Shown: positions 31,340-41,595, counted from the stretch's first letter. The stretch is DNA of 64,000 bases from Bacteroidales bacterium (GCA_045130275.1 JBGUPL010000021.1:34010-98009), one strand, 5' to 3'. The notes: a model not told the origin generated them from the sequence alone. Translations and numbers: made by a program.

Positions 31340-32146
31340 ATGAAGAATATATTATCAACTACTTGTTTGGTTTTGTTTTCTTTCCTTTGTGTGCAGGGGC
31401 AGCCGTTGGTGATCATGCACACGAACGACACGCACAGCCAGGTTGAACCGTATTCTTACAAGGGCGATGTCAACGTGGGCGGCTATCTGCGTCGGGAGGC
31501 GGCCATCCGAGAGATTCGGGCGGACAATCCCAACACGCTGCTGTTGGATGCGGGCGACTTCTCGCAGGGCACCCCTTACTTCAACGTGTTCAAGGGATAT
31601 GTGGAGGTTCGGCTGATGAATGCCATGGGCTATGATGCCGCCACGCTGGGCAACCACGAGTTCGACAATGGTTCAGCGGCGCTTGCCGCCCGTCTGAAAA
31701 CCGCCGACTTCCCGGTCGTGTGCGCCAACTACGAGTTTGTCAACAAGAAGTTGGCCAAAGTCATCAAACCCTACGTGATCATCGAGCGCGGGGGGCTCCG
31801 GATCGGCATTTTCGGACTCGGGGTCAACCTTGACGGCTACACGGCACCGCAGATCGCCAGCGAGGTCACCTTCCTCGACCCGTTCATTTGTGCCCGTAAC
31901 GTGGTGGAGGAACTAAGACGCCAGCAGTGCGATTTGATCATCTGCCTGTCACATCTTGGGGTGAACACCAACATTCCCGAGAACGACTATGAACTGGCTC
32001 GACAAATACCTGAAATAGACGTGATTATCGGCGGTCATACGCACGAAGAGATCAATCCGCCCGTTGTAGTCGGCAACACCCGGATTTGCCAGATGACAAG
32101 CAGGGGGAAGTGTTTCGGAGTGCTGACGGTGATGATGGATAATTGA
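31340..32146 (+). CDS. 5'-nucleotidase-type metallophosphoesterase
   Basis: HTNDTHS, DAGD, LGNHEFD, GGHTH. Confidence 0.88.
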   Translation: MKNILSTTCLVLFSFLCVQGQPLVIMHTNDTHSQVEPYSYKGDVNVGGYLRREAAIREIRADNPNTLLLDAGDFSQGTPYFNVFKGYVEVRLMNAMGYDAATLGNHEFDNGSAALAARLKTADFPVVCANYEFVNKKLAKVIKPYVIIERGGLRIGIFGLGVNLDGYTAPQIASEVTFLDPFICARNVVEELRRQQCDLIICLSHLGVNTNIPENDYELARQIPEIDVIIGGHTHEEINPPVVVGNTRICQMTSRGKCFGVLTVMMDN

Positions 32147-32234
32147 TAATTGATAATGGATAATTGATGATTGATAATTGGTGGTGGAAATTGATAATTG
32201 ATAATGGATAATTGATAATGGATAATTGATAATG
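32135..32234. repeat. (GATAATT/GATAATG)n array
   Basis: Direct reading; also at 62964-62993. Confidence 0.9.
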
Positions 32235-33254
32235 AAACGGAAAATAATGGTAACGGGCGGTTGCGGATACCTCGGTTCGCACACCATCATCGCCTTGATT
32301 GAAAGCGGGAAGTACGATGTGATCTCTGTTGACAGCTGTGTGCGCAGCACACCGGAGACGATGCGTCGCGTGGAGGAAATCACCGGAGTGAAGGTGAAGA
32401 ACTACCAGGTCGATATTTGTGACAGGGAGCGCTTCTTCCATGTTTTTGAAGAGCATCCCGATGTGGCGGGTGTCATCCATTTCGCCGCCTACAAGGCCGT
32501 GGGCGAGTCGGTGGAGAAGCCGCTGATGTATTACCGCAACAACCTGGGCACAATGATGAATGTGCTGGAGGCCTGCGAGAAGTTCGGGGTCCGACACCTG
32601 CTGTTCTCCTCTTCCGCCGCTGTATATGGCGATTTGAAAATGCTGCCGGTCAGCGAGCAGACGCCGATGGGGAAGGCCGCATGCCCGTACGCGCACACCA
32701 AGCAGATCTGCGAGGGCATGATCCAGAGCGAATTGGTGGCCAACAAGGAGATGAGCGCCTTGATCCTCCGCTATTTCAACCCTGTGGGTGCTCATCCGAC
32801 CGGTCTCAACGGGGAACTCTCCCCCGACAAACCCAACAATCTGATTCCGGTCATCATGCATGTGGCCAGCGGCATCTTGCCGCAGATGACGGTTTTCGGC
32901 ACCGATTACGACACCCGCGACGGCTCCTGCATACGCGACTATCTGCATGTATGCGACATCGCTGACGCGCACGTGAAGGGCTTGGATTATTTGGTGGAAG
33001 GCAAAAACACGGAGCGTTGCGAGATCTTCAACTTGGGCAGCGGCAATGGCCTGTCCGTCTTGGAGATGCTTGATGCCGCCGAAAAGGTGGTCGGCAGGAA
33101 GCTGAACTACGTGCTCGGCGACCGCCGTCCCGGCGATATCCCCGCGATTTACGCGGACAGCACTCGCGCCAACGAGCTCCTCGGCTGGCATTGCCGGTAC
33201 GATGTCCACGACATGATGGAGAGCGCTTGGAAATGGGAGAAGCGTATCAATTAG
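32232..33254 (+). CDS. galE: UDP-glucose 4-epimerase
   Basis: TGGCGYLGSH, HFAAYKAVGES, LRYFNPVGAH. Confidence 0.93.
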   Translation: MKRKIMVTGGCGYLGSHTIIALIESGKYDVISVDSCVRSTPETMRRVEEITGVKVKNYQVDICDRERFFHVFEEHPDVAGVIHFAAYKAVGESVEKPLMYYRNNLGTMMNVLEACEKFGVRHLLFSSSAAVYGDLKMLPVSEQTPMGKAACPYAHTKQICEGMIQSELVANKEMSALILRYFNPVGAHPTGLNGELSPDKPNNLIPVIMHVASGILPQMTVFGTDYDTRDGSCIRDYLHVCDIADAHVKGLDYLVEGKNTERCEIFNLGSGNGLSVLEMLDAAEKVVGRKLNYVLGDRRPGDIPAIYADSTRANELLGWHCRYDVHDMMESAWKWEKRIN

Positions 33255-33355
33255 AAATTAGAAATTATGAATGAAGAATGTAGAATGTAGAATAAATTGA
33301 TATCATATCCTGTTATATAATACCTATTGCCTTTTGCCTTTTGCCTATTGCCTAT
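33250..33355. repeat. (AATTAGA/AATGTAG)n + (TTGCCTT/TTGCCTA)n arrays
   Basis: Direct reading. Confidence 0.85.
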
Positions 33356-33383
33356 TTACACTAATTACAAATCAAAAATATAA

Positions 33384-35108
33384 ATGTCAGAAAATTTACG
33401 GTTGGTTGCGGATTTGGCGCTGATATTGACTTCGGCGGGTGTCGTGACTGTTATTTTCAAGCTTTTGAAACAGCCCCTTGTGTTGGGCTATCTCGTGGCC
33501 GGTTTCCTCGTGGGGCCTCATTTGCACATTTTCCCCACTGTCACTGATGTGGCGGAGGTGGAGGTCTGGTCCGAAATCGGTATTATCTTCATGATGTTCA
33601 GTGTAGGACTGGAGTTCAGCTTCAAAAAGCTGATGTCGGTGGGCAGCAAGGCCTTCCTGACCGCTTTTATCGGCATTATCGGCATGATAGGAGTAGGTTC
33701 CTTGCTCGGTTTTGTGATGGGGTGGGACGTGATGGAGAGCATCTTCCTCGGCGGCATGTTGTCGATGTCTTCCACTGCCATCATCGTCAAGGCATTTGAT
33801 GACATGAACCTCAAGGACAAGCCGTTCGCGAGTCTCACCACAGTGGTGCTGATCATCCAGGACATTGTGGCCGTGGTGATGATGGTGTTGATTTCCACGG
33901 TGGCGGCGAGTAAGAACAACGGTGCCGGCCGCGAAATGCTGATGAGCATCGTGAAACTCGTCTTCTTCCTCATTCTCTGGTTTGTGGTCGGTATCTATCT
34001 GATACCCACTCTTTTGCGGAAGTTCAAAAAGTATATCAACAATGAAAACCTGTTGATCATCTCCATCGGTCTCTGCTTTGCCATGGTGATTATCGCCAAC
34101 CAGGTGGGCTTTTCATCCGCTTTGGGCGCGTTCGTCATCGGCTCTATCTTGGCTGAAACGGATGAGAGCAATCGCATCGAGCATCTCACCGAAAGTATCA
34201 AGAACCTCTTCTGTGCCATATTCTTCGTCTCTGTGGGTATGATGATCGACCCGCAAGTCTTGATTCAATATTGGAAATTGATTCTTGCTCTTGTGATTAT
34301 CACACTGGTAGTCAAGGCGTTTGTCTGTTCCGCGTCAGCAGTAATAGCTGGTTCTAACCTGGAGGATTCTGTAAAGTCCGGTTTCACACTTTCGCAGATC
34401 GGCGAGTTCGCCTTCATCATCGCGTCCGTGGCCGTGGCTCAGCACGTGATGCCCTCCTACATTTACCCGGTTATCATTGCCTCTTCGGTAATTACCACAT
34501 TCACAACGCCTTACTGGATCAAATTGGCCACACCTGTCTATAATGGACTGGAAAAACGGATGTCGCCGAAGACGAAAGCGGCGCTGGATGCATACGCGCT
34601 GTTCGGATCCAGCAACGAAGGCAAGAAGAACTGGAGCAGCATCATCAAGAGCACTATCACGAATGTGCTGGTTTTCTCGGTGTTGTCGTTCGCCACACTG
34701 GCCGTCTTGTTCGAATTCGTCATCCCGTTTGTCAAAAAACTGCCCTACGTTGAGATGATTCCCCAATGGGGATTCAACACGATGGCCGCTGTCGGGTGTT
34801 TGGTCGCCGTTTCGCCGTTCCTGTTCGGCATCGTGCGCAACAGCCCCAAAGTCCACGAACTCTACCGCAACCTGGTGAAAGAGAACCGAGCCAATATGCT
34901 GGCGGTCATCGTTTGGACGCTGATCCGATTTGTCATCGTTTTCTATTTCGTGTTCTCCATTTTGGTCAAATTCTTCAAGTTCACCAAATGGGTCATTGTG
35001 TTGATCGCTGTGGCTGTTATCTTCCTGCTTGTCCTTTCCCGCCACAACCTGAACCGCTTCACCAAATTGGAACGGAACTTCAAAACCAACCTGAACGGGG
35101 AGGAATAA
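33384..35108 (+). CDS. Cation:proton antiporter (CPA2)
   Basis: Multiple TMs, KQPLVLGY, SQIGEFAFII. Confidence 0.88.
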   Translation: MSENLRLVADLALILTSAGVVTVIFKLLKQPLVLGYLVAGFLVGPHLHIFPTVTDVAEVEVWSEIGIIFMMFSVGLEFSFKKLMSVGSKAFLTAFIGIIGMIGVGSLLGFVMGWDVMESIFLGGMLSMSSTAIIVKAFDDMNLKDKPFASLTTVVLIIQDIVAVVMMVLISTVAASKNNGAGREMLMSIVKLVFFLILWFVVGIYLIPTLLRKFKKYINNENLLIISIGLCFAMVIIANQVGFSSALGAFVIGSILAETDESNRIEHLTESIKNLFCAIFFVSVGMMIDPQVLIQYWKLILALVIITLVVKAFVCSASAVIAGSNLEDSVKSGFTLSQIGEFAFIIASVAVAQHVMPSYIYPVIIASSVITTFTTPYWIKLATPVYNGLEKRMSPKTKAALDAYALFGSSNEGKKNWSSIIKSTITNVLVFSVLSFATLAVLFEFVIPFVKKLPYVEMIPQWGFNTMAAVGCLVAVSPFLFGIVRNSPKVHELYRNLVKENRANMLAVIVWTLIRFVIVFYFVFSILVKFFKFTKWVIVLIAVAVIFLLVLSRHNLNRFTKLERNFKTNLNGEE

Positions 35109-35215
35109 TTGTGAATTAAGAATTATGAATTAAGAATTAAGAATACCCCCTAACCCATAAACTCTAAACCCTAAACCCTAAACCTTTAACCTTTAACCTT
35201 TAACCATTAACCATT
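35108..35215. repeat. (AATTAAG)n + (TAAACCC/TAACCTT)n arrays
   Basis: Direct reading; TAACC family repeats again at 35839-35913. Confidence 0.88.
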
Positions 35216-35221
35216 ACAAGC

Positions 35222-35773
35222 ATGAATACGTTATTTTTAGACCGGGACGGCATCATAAACGTGCAGATTGTGGGCGGATACGTGCGCAAGCCGGAGGAGT
35301 TTGAACTCATTCCGGGGGTGCTGACGGCGATGCAGTGGCTGCGGCCGAAGTTCCGCCACATCATCGTGGTCACCAACCAGCAGTGCGTGGCCAAGCGCAT
35401 CTGCAAGATGGAGAATATCGAGGAAATCCATCGGCGGATGATGGTCACTTTCGAGGAGAACCTCACGCCTTTGGATGCCATCTATTGCTGTCCGCATTTG
35501 GCTGGATCGGGCTGTGGTTGCCGGAAACCCGAGATCGGGATGGCGCTGCAGGCCAAGGCCGACTTCCCCGACATCGATTTCGCCGATTCCGTGATGGTCG
35601 GTGACAGTCTCTCGGACATGCAATTCGCCGTCAACGCGGGCATCATCCCCGTGCACGTCGGCGCGAAACACCCCGGAGAATACGAGAAAATCCTGGAAAT
35701 CACCTCATCGCATTATAACAACCTGCTGGATTTCGCGAAAAATCACCCGTTTAACGTTGATAATCAATCATAA
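35222..35773 (+). CDS. gmhB: Heptose-1,7-bisphosphate phosphatase (HAD IIIA)
   Basis: FLDRDG, VTNQ, CPH..CGCRKP, MVGDSLSD. Confidence 0.82.
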   Translation: MNTLFLDRDGIINVQIVGGYVRKPEEFELIPGVLTAMQWLRPKFRHIIVVTNQQCVAKRICKMENIEEIHRRMMVTFEENLTPLDAIYCCPHLAGSGCGCRKPEIGMALQAKADFPDIDFADSVMVGDSLSDMQFAVNAGIIPVHVGAKHPGEYEKILEITSSHYNNLLDFAKNHPFNVDNQS

Positions 35774-35921
35774 CAATCAATGTGCTCCACCAAGCTCTTG
35801 CCCCTGCGGTGCCGTTCAAGGAAATAGTTATATAACAATAACCCGTTAACCACTAACCACTAACCTTTAACCACTAATCTTTAACCATTAACCTTTAACC
35901 CTTAACCTTTAACAGTTAGCA

Positions 35922-36785
35922 ATGACCTTCTTCTTCATCTTCTTCCTCTGTTACCCCCTTGCCGCGTTGCCATTGGCCGTGCTATATCTGCTGTTGCCGG
36001 TGGTGTATGTGGTGGTGAACCATGTGGTTCGGTATCGGCGTAAAGTGGTGGATGAAAATATTTTACGGTCGTTTCCGGAACTGACGATGAAAGAACGGCG
36101 GAGAATAAGGAACCGTTACTATTGGCATCTTTCGCAGATTGCCATCGAGATGATCAAAATGTTGCTAATCCCGCGTTGGGCGTTGCGTTACCGCTACCGT
36201 TGCGTGGACACGGAGCTGGTGAACCGGTTTTACAGGGAGGGTAGGAGTGTGATCCTGATGTCGAGCCACTACAACAACTGGGAGTGGATGATTGTGGCGT
36301 TAGATGAGATGTTTCTGCATCACGGCATCGGGGTGGGGAAGGCCAACAGCGACAAGGTGTTCGAGAAGTGGGTGAACCGCGCGCGCACCCGCAGGGGCAC
36401 GGAGGTCTGCTTCGCCGACACTGCCCGCGACGTGTTCGCGCATTACGAAGAAAACCATATCCCCGCGGCCTACATGATGCTCGCCGACCAGTCGCCCAGC
36501 AACAAGAACAAGTGTTACGTCACGCAGTTCCTCAACCAGACTACCGGCGTAATCTATGGTCCCGAATATTTCGCCCGCAAGTACGACATTCCGGTGCTAT
36601 ACTATCAGGTCATCAAAGAACGGATAGGCAAGTACCGTATTGAGGTACAGGTGATTACGGAGCATCCCAACGACGAGGAGCCGTACGCCATCACCCAGAA
36701 ATACATCGAATTGTTGGAACAAACCATCCGCCGGAAGCCGGAGTGTTGGATCTGGAGTCACAGGCGGTGGAAGCTGAAATTTTGA
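35922..36785 (+). CDS. Lipid A biosynthesis acyltransferase (LpxL-like)
   Basis: SHYNNWEW, ADQSP, WIWSHRRWK. Confidence 0.85.
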   Translation: MTFFFIFFLCYPLAALPLAVLYLLLPVVYVVVNHVVRYRRKVVDENILRSFPELTMKERRRIRNRYYWHLSQIAIEMIKMLLIPRWALRYRYRCVDTELVNRFYREGRSVILMSSHYNNWEWMIVALDEMFLHHGIGVGKANSDKVFEKWVNRARTRRGTEVCFADTARDVFAHYEENHIPAAYMMLADQSPSNKNKCYVTQFLNQTTGVIYGPEYFARKYDIPVLYYQVIKERIGKYRIEVQVITEHPNDEEPYAITQKYIELLEQTIRRKPECWIWSHRRWKLKF

Positions 36786-36820
36786 CAAGAAATGTGAATG
36801 AAATAGCCAACGCTATGCAT

Positions 36821-36859
36821 AAAAAAAGGATTGCCAATGCTATGACAATCCTTTTTTTT
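36821..36859. terminator. Bidirectional terminator
   Basis: AAAAAAAGGATTG...CAATCCTTTTTTTT between convergent genes. Confidence 0.75.
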
Positions 36860-36892
36860 GTTCTTAGATCGGATTTTGTGCAATCGGAAAAC

Positions 36893-37807
36893 CTACTTCT
36901 TGATGAACTTGAGTGTTTCCGTGCCGTTTTCCGTGTAAACCTTCACGAAGTAGAACCCGTCGCTCAAGTCGCTGATGCCGACGTTATTGAAATGACCGGA
37001 GATGGTCTTGACCAATTGACCGTCAAGATTCATGATTTCGGCATTCAGAATCTCTTTTTCGGATGTGATGTTCAGCAAGTCGCTGGCGGGGTTCGGGTAG
37101 ATGCGGATACTGCTGCTACTGTTGTGCTCGCTGATACCGGTCGTCGGGAATTGGGAGATGACAAGATCGTCCACATAGTAGGTGCCATGAGTGTTGGGCA
37201 TCGCCGAACCGGCAAAGAAGTTGAGCGATCCAAGTTGGCAGACACCGATTTCTCCATTAATACTGTAGGAGAACGGCCATGATTCGAGGATCTCTTCGTT
37301 GATGAAGAGGGCTGCTGAGTCGTTGTCGAGGTCAACGCGAAACATGATGGGGAACCAGGTGTCGTTAGGAAAAGAAAATGTGAGGCGGTTGTCGTTCTTG
37401 TACAAAAACCCCATCCCGTTAATGTAGAATGCGCATTCGAAAGCCCACTCTTGACCAGGTTGGGCATAATGCTGTATGTTGAAATATGCACCGTTACCAT
37501 CTGAAGGAACGTAGTATTTGAAGTTAATTTCGAAAACACCGGAGTTCAGGTTATCGAACGGGAAAATGATGTCGTTGTCCCCTTCGATTTTGAGGGAATT
37601 GCTTCCGCTGAAGGCTTGCTCGGTGGAAATGTAGGCATCTTCGTCGGTTCCGGGCGCGTTGTTCCACGTGTTCTAGTCGGTGCTGTTCTGCGTACACAGT
37701 TGCTGACCGGCGGTGTAGCTGTCGAAATTGTCGGAGAAGAAGACGGTTTGCGCTTGAAGCATCACAAAGGAGAGTGCCAAGCAGAAAAGTAGTAATCCTT
37801 TTTTCAT
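36893..37807 (-). pseudogene. T9SS type A CTD cargo protein with in-frame TAG at codon 45
   Basis: MKKGLLLFCL..FSDNFDSY..STD*NTWNNAPG continues in frame to IYPNPA..TLKFIKK; TAG at 37673-37675. Confidence 0.8.
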
Positions 37808-37892
37808 AAGCGATGTTCTTATATTTGACACGGCAAAAGTACAATTTTATATGTTAAGATTTAACAGGGGGATAGGCAAAAGTTAACAGCAC

Positions 37893-37982
37893 TGCCATCT
37901 GCGCCTGCGTGAGCCACACCGTGTCCTCCTCCATCCGCACCTCCAGCCGGATGCTGTTGTCGGGTTGGTAGAGGATTTCATC
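37893..37982 (-). pseudogene. RhuM N-terminal fragment
   Basis: Translates DEILYQPDNSIRLEVRMEEDTVWLTQAQMA, paralogous to the start of 40536-41381. Confidence 0.75.
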
Positions 37983-37983
37983 C

Positions 37984-39084
37984 TTATATAGACATTAATT
38001 TTTTCATTTCATCTTCATCGGGGAGCAGTTCCATCAGTTTCTTCTGTCCTGCTTGGTATGTGGCGACACCCATAGGACGCTGGTAATCCTGAAGAACATA
38101 CTCAACAAATGTTTTGTCGGCATCTTTGCAAAGGATAATGCCAACAGGAGGGTTTTCTCCCTTAAGCTTTTCGTCGTCATCCAAAACATGAAGGTAATGA
38201 GATAGTTGTCCTAGATAAGCAGGCTTGAAGGTACCTTTTTTCAGTTCCACCACAACCAGCGAACGAAGAATCCTGTTGAAGAATAGCAGGTCCACCCAAT
38301 GGTCGTGTCCCAACTTTTCGTAATGAACTTGACATCCGATGTATGCGAAGCCCTTGCCGAAAGTCATGATGAAGTTCCGCATGTTATGGACGATCTCGTT
38401 TTCAAGGACTCGCTCGTCAATGTCCTCTTCTCTCTGACCCAATTGCTCTGTATTGATAAAATCCAGTAAGTAGGAATCTTTGAACATCTGAATGGCACGG
38501 AAGGCCTGTTTGTGGTTTGGGATTGTGTTGACGAAATTGTTAGGCATTTTGCCCTGGTTATGGTAAGTGTCCTCGGCGATTCTCTGTTGGAGACCATCTA
38601 CAGTGAGTCTTAGATCATGGCACAATTGGATATAGAATAATCGTTCTTGAAACGATTTTACACCTGCGAGTATAACGGTGTGATGGGTGAAACCAATGCC
38701 AAAGAAAGCTGTGACAGGGAAGTTTTCGTAATTCGTCAAATGCAATTGCCGAATTGTATCGCCTTCATTATCTGATGGTTCTAATTTGGCAGTTGCAACT
38801 GCCAAATTAGAGTCCAGAAGTTTCCACTGTTCGTAGAACATTCTCATATTCCGTAAGTTGCGTGCGGAGAATCCCCTCAATCCTGGCATTTCGGCCGACA
38901 ATTGACGGCTAATGGTCTCAATGGCATCTTTCCCCCAAAATCCCGAACGGGAATTCTGAGAAATGTATCGACCTATTCCATAGTATAATGCCAACTGTTC
39001 TTGGTTCACACTTGCCAAGGCCTTGGCCTGGCTCTGCAAAATGGCTGTCTTGATTTGCCTGACGGCATCGCTGTACTGATTCAT
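37984..39084 (-). CDS. YhcG/DUF1016 PD-(D/E)XK nuclease domain protein
   Basis: GFSARNLRNMRMFY, KDSYLLDF, DLLFFNR, VVELK, PVGIILC. Confidence 0.9.
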   Translation of the reverse strand: MNQYSDAVRQIKTAILQSQAKALASVNQEQLALYYGIGRYISQNSRSGFWGKDAIETISRQLSAEMPGLRGFSARNLRNMRMFYEQWKLLDSNLAVATAKLEPSDNEGDTIRQLHLTNYENFPVTAFFGIGFTHHTVILAGVKSFQERLFYIQLCHDLRLTVDGLQQRIAEDTYHNQGKMPNNFVNTIPNHKQAFRAIQMFKDSYLLDFINTEQLGQREEDIDERVLENEIVHNMRNFIMTFGKGFAYIGCQVHYEKLGHDHWVDLLFFNRILRSLVVVELKKGTFKPAYLGQLSHYLHVLDDDEKLKGENPPVGIILCKDADKTFVEYVLQDYQRPMGVATYQAGQKKLMELLPDEDEMKKLMSI

Positions 39085-39113
39085 GTTTGTCCTTTTTCGT
39101 TTTTAAGGTTATT

Positions 39114-39298
39114 GATTTCCGCCTGCAAAGATACAACAAAAACCGCTGTTTGTCAAGGGTTTTGCGTGATTTTTATTGCTGTTGAAAACCAGAGAGTTGT
39201 AATTTTTATTTACAATTTATTTTGTTGATAGTTAAGATTTAAAACCTGTATTTCGCTGATTTTTGGCTCTTGCGAGATTGAGGTTCCGTTTGACCGAA
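39114..39298 (-). repeat. ~185-bp direct repeat copy 1 (upstream/promoter region of yhcG)
   Basis: Near-identical over ~120 bp to 41411-41532, then diverging; contains -7 box TATCTTTG. Confidence 0.9.
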
Positions 39299-39368
39299 TG
39301 AACTCGCGTCATGGAACCAATCGCAGGACACAGTTGGAAGATGTTCAAATTATCAAGGCCCCTGATTG

Positions 39369-40175
39369 TCATTTCAGCATCTTTCGCCGTGATGTTTCCT
39401 CTAATATTTGCATTTGATGAATGGCGATCTTGTTCAACTTGACAAGGCGCTCTTCCTGTGGAATTTCTTCTGTGATCAAGACAGAATTTATGCTCTCGAG
39501 GTTTGACAGGCATATAAGCTGATTGATAGTGGCGTATTCGCGAATGTTCCCTTTCAAATCAGAGTGGGCATCTCGCCACTGCTTTGCTGTCATCCCGAAT
39601 AAAGCAACATTCAGCACATCAGCTTCTTCCGCATAGATGACTGATTTCTGCTGTTGTGTTAGCTCATGAGGAATAAGGTTTTCTTTTATGGCATCTGTGT
39701 GGATATGGTAGTTGATTTTCGCAAGTTCCCGTTTTGCTGACCAACCCAGCTGTTTTTGTTCTGCAGCTTTCATCCGCTGAAATTCTTTTGCCACGTATAA
39801 TTCAAACTCTACTGACAGCCATCCTGCAAACTTGAAAGCAATATCTTTATGAGCAAATGAGCCGCCATATCTACCTGATTTACAAGCAAGTCCAATTGCA
39901 TTTGTCGTTTTGATCCACTTTTGAGGCGAGAGAGTAAAAGCGTTCAATCCCGCCTGTTTCCTAAACTCCTCGAATTCGAGGGGGTTAAAACCGGGGTTAT
40001 ATAATGTTTCCCAAAGTCCCAGGTATTCAATTGTGTTTCTATTTCTGATCCAATTGCCTATTACGGATGCTGGTTCATCGGACTTGAATTTAGCCATGTC
40101 GGTCAACGACATGTAATCTTCGTCACCGACTTTTATCACTGAAATTTCGGTTTTGTCAACAATTATTTTTGCCAT
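39369..40175 (-). CDS. KilA-N domain protein
   Basis: DYMSLTDMA, NWIRNRNTIEYLGLWE, SGRYGGSFAHKDIAFKFA. Confidence 0.88.
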   Translation of the reverse strand: MAKIIVDKTEISVIKVGDEDYMSLTDMAKFKSDEPASVIGNWIRNRNTIEYLGLWETLYNPGFNPLEFEEFRKQAGLNAFTLSPQKWIKTTNAIGLACKSGRYGGSFAHKDIAFKFAGWLSVEFELYVAKEFQRMKAAEQKQLGWSAKRELAKINYHIHTDAIKENLIPHELTQQQKSVIYAEEADVLNVALFGMTAKQWRDAHSDLKGNIREYATINQLICLSNLESINSVLITEEIPQEERLVKLNKIAIHQMQILEETSRRKMLK

Positions 40176-40535
40176 GATTCTTCTGTTTTGAGTTAACATA
40201 AATATTGTCTGCAAATATACTCTAAAATAAAATATGTCAATGCTTTTACCCAAATTAATATTTGCCATTCCATCAAACAGATATGTGTTTTGATTTTACA
40301 ATTTGACATTGAATTGTTAATTTTTGATTCAGGATTTCGCAGAAAAAAGGACGTGTGGGTGAGTATTTGTGGACTTACGGCTCAGGCTCCCGTTTTGCAA
40401 GACAAGGGTGTGTTAGAAGCCAACTGTGTCTCGCAGTTGGGGGGCTTCTGTTGTTTCCTGCTCTTGCGATAAGGAGGTTCCGTTTGGTAAGGGCTGCGTG
40501 TGGTTGCGACGCTGGAAGCGTCGTCTCCTATTACT

Positions 40536-41381
40536 TCACGGCAACACCTCTTCCGCCGCCATCTCCATCCTGCAGAATGCGAACAGCCTCTTCCCCAAGT
40601 CTTTGAGGGACGCGCCGAGGTGATAGACGGTGTCGTCGATGATGAGGAAGCGGTCGTGGTAGCGGTTGCACTCTCGAATAGTGACGGGCGGATACTGCCG
40701 GTTATGCCGTTCGAGGTCGAGCTTCAGCGTCTCTGTGACGTGTCTCGTGACAATCTCTGCTGATACGCCCTCTTTCCGTTTCGCCAGCGCCAGCAATACA
40801 GAATCGTCCACATAATTGTCGATGAGCACAATCCGTTTCCGCGCCGACCGGATCAGGTCCGCCGCGAAGGCATACGCGTCGAAAATCTGGCCGTCGTAGA
40901 AGACGCCCTCGACCGGCGGCAGGGCGGTGCGCACAAAGAAGCCAATCTGTTCCTCCGTTTTGCTGACCCGCTGCTCCAGTCGTTCGATCCGTTGGTTGAT
41001 CGCGTGTCCTCGAAGGAGATACTCTTTGAGAACGGTGGTCGCCCATCGGCGGAACATGATGCCTTGTGGAGATTTCACTCGGTATCCTACTGAAAGAATC
41101 ATATCTAAATTATAGAATTCTTTCATTCTGTTTATCAGACGATTACCTTCTTTCTGAACTGTCGCAAATTTTGCGACAGTTGGGATTCCTTTCAATTCTT
41201 CTGCCTTGGCGTTTTGTATGTGTTTGCCAATGGTTTTAATGTCTCTATGGAACAAATCCGCAATCTGTTGACGATTTAGCCACACCGTGTCTTCTCGCAA
41301 TAAAACCTCCAACCGGATGCTGTTGTCGGGTTGGTATAGGATGATTTCTCCGTTTTGTGCCAAGGGTTTGTTCTCTTCCAT
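40536..41381 (-). CDS. RhuM family protein with C-terminal PLD-like domain
   Basis: EDTVWLNRQQIA, YNLDMILSVGYRVKS, IDNYVD, HDRFLIID, GASLKDLG. Confidence 0.85.
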   Translation of the reverse strand: MEENKPLAQNGEIILYQPDNSIRLEVLLREDTVWLNRQQIADLFHRDIKTIGKHIQNAKAEELKGIPTVAKFATVQKEGNRLINRMKEFYNLDMILSVGYRVKSPQGIMFRRWATTVLKEYLLRGHAINQRIERLEQRVSKTEEQIGFFVRTALPPVEGVFYDGQIFDAYAFAADLIRSARKRIVLIDNYVDDSVLLALAKRKEGVSAEIVTRHVTETLKLDLERHNRQYPPVTIRECNRYHDRFLIIDDTVYHLGASLKDLGKRLFAFCRMEMAAEEVLP

Positions 41382-41410
41382 AATGGTTGACTTTTCGTTT
41401 TGTGGTTACA

Positions 41411-41595
41411 GATTTCCGCCTGCAAATATACCACAAAAACCGCTGTTTGTCAAGGGTTTTGCGTGATTTTTATTGCTGTTGAAAACCAGATAGTTGTAAT
41501 TTTTATTTACAATTTATTTTGTTGATTGTTAAGAATTAAGGCAGGGATTTCGCTGATTTTTGACCTTTGCGAGTCTGAGGATCCGTTTGGCCGAA
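41411..41595 (-). repeat. ~185-bp direct repeat copy 2 (upstream/promoter region of rhuM)
   Basis: Matches 39114-39298. Confidence 0.9.

Noticed and set aside
37673-37675. Amber recoding or pyrrolysine readthrough
   Set aside because: TAG is a normal terminator for several genes here (nitroreductase, porT, galE); a single nonsense change is simpler.
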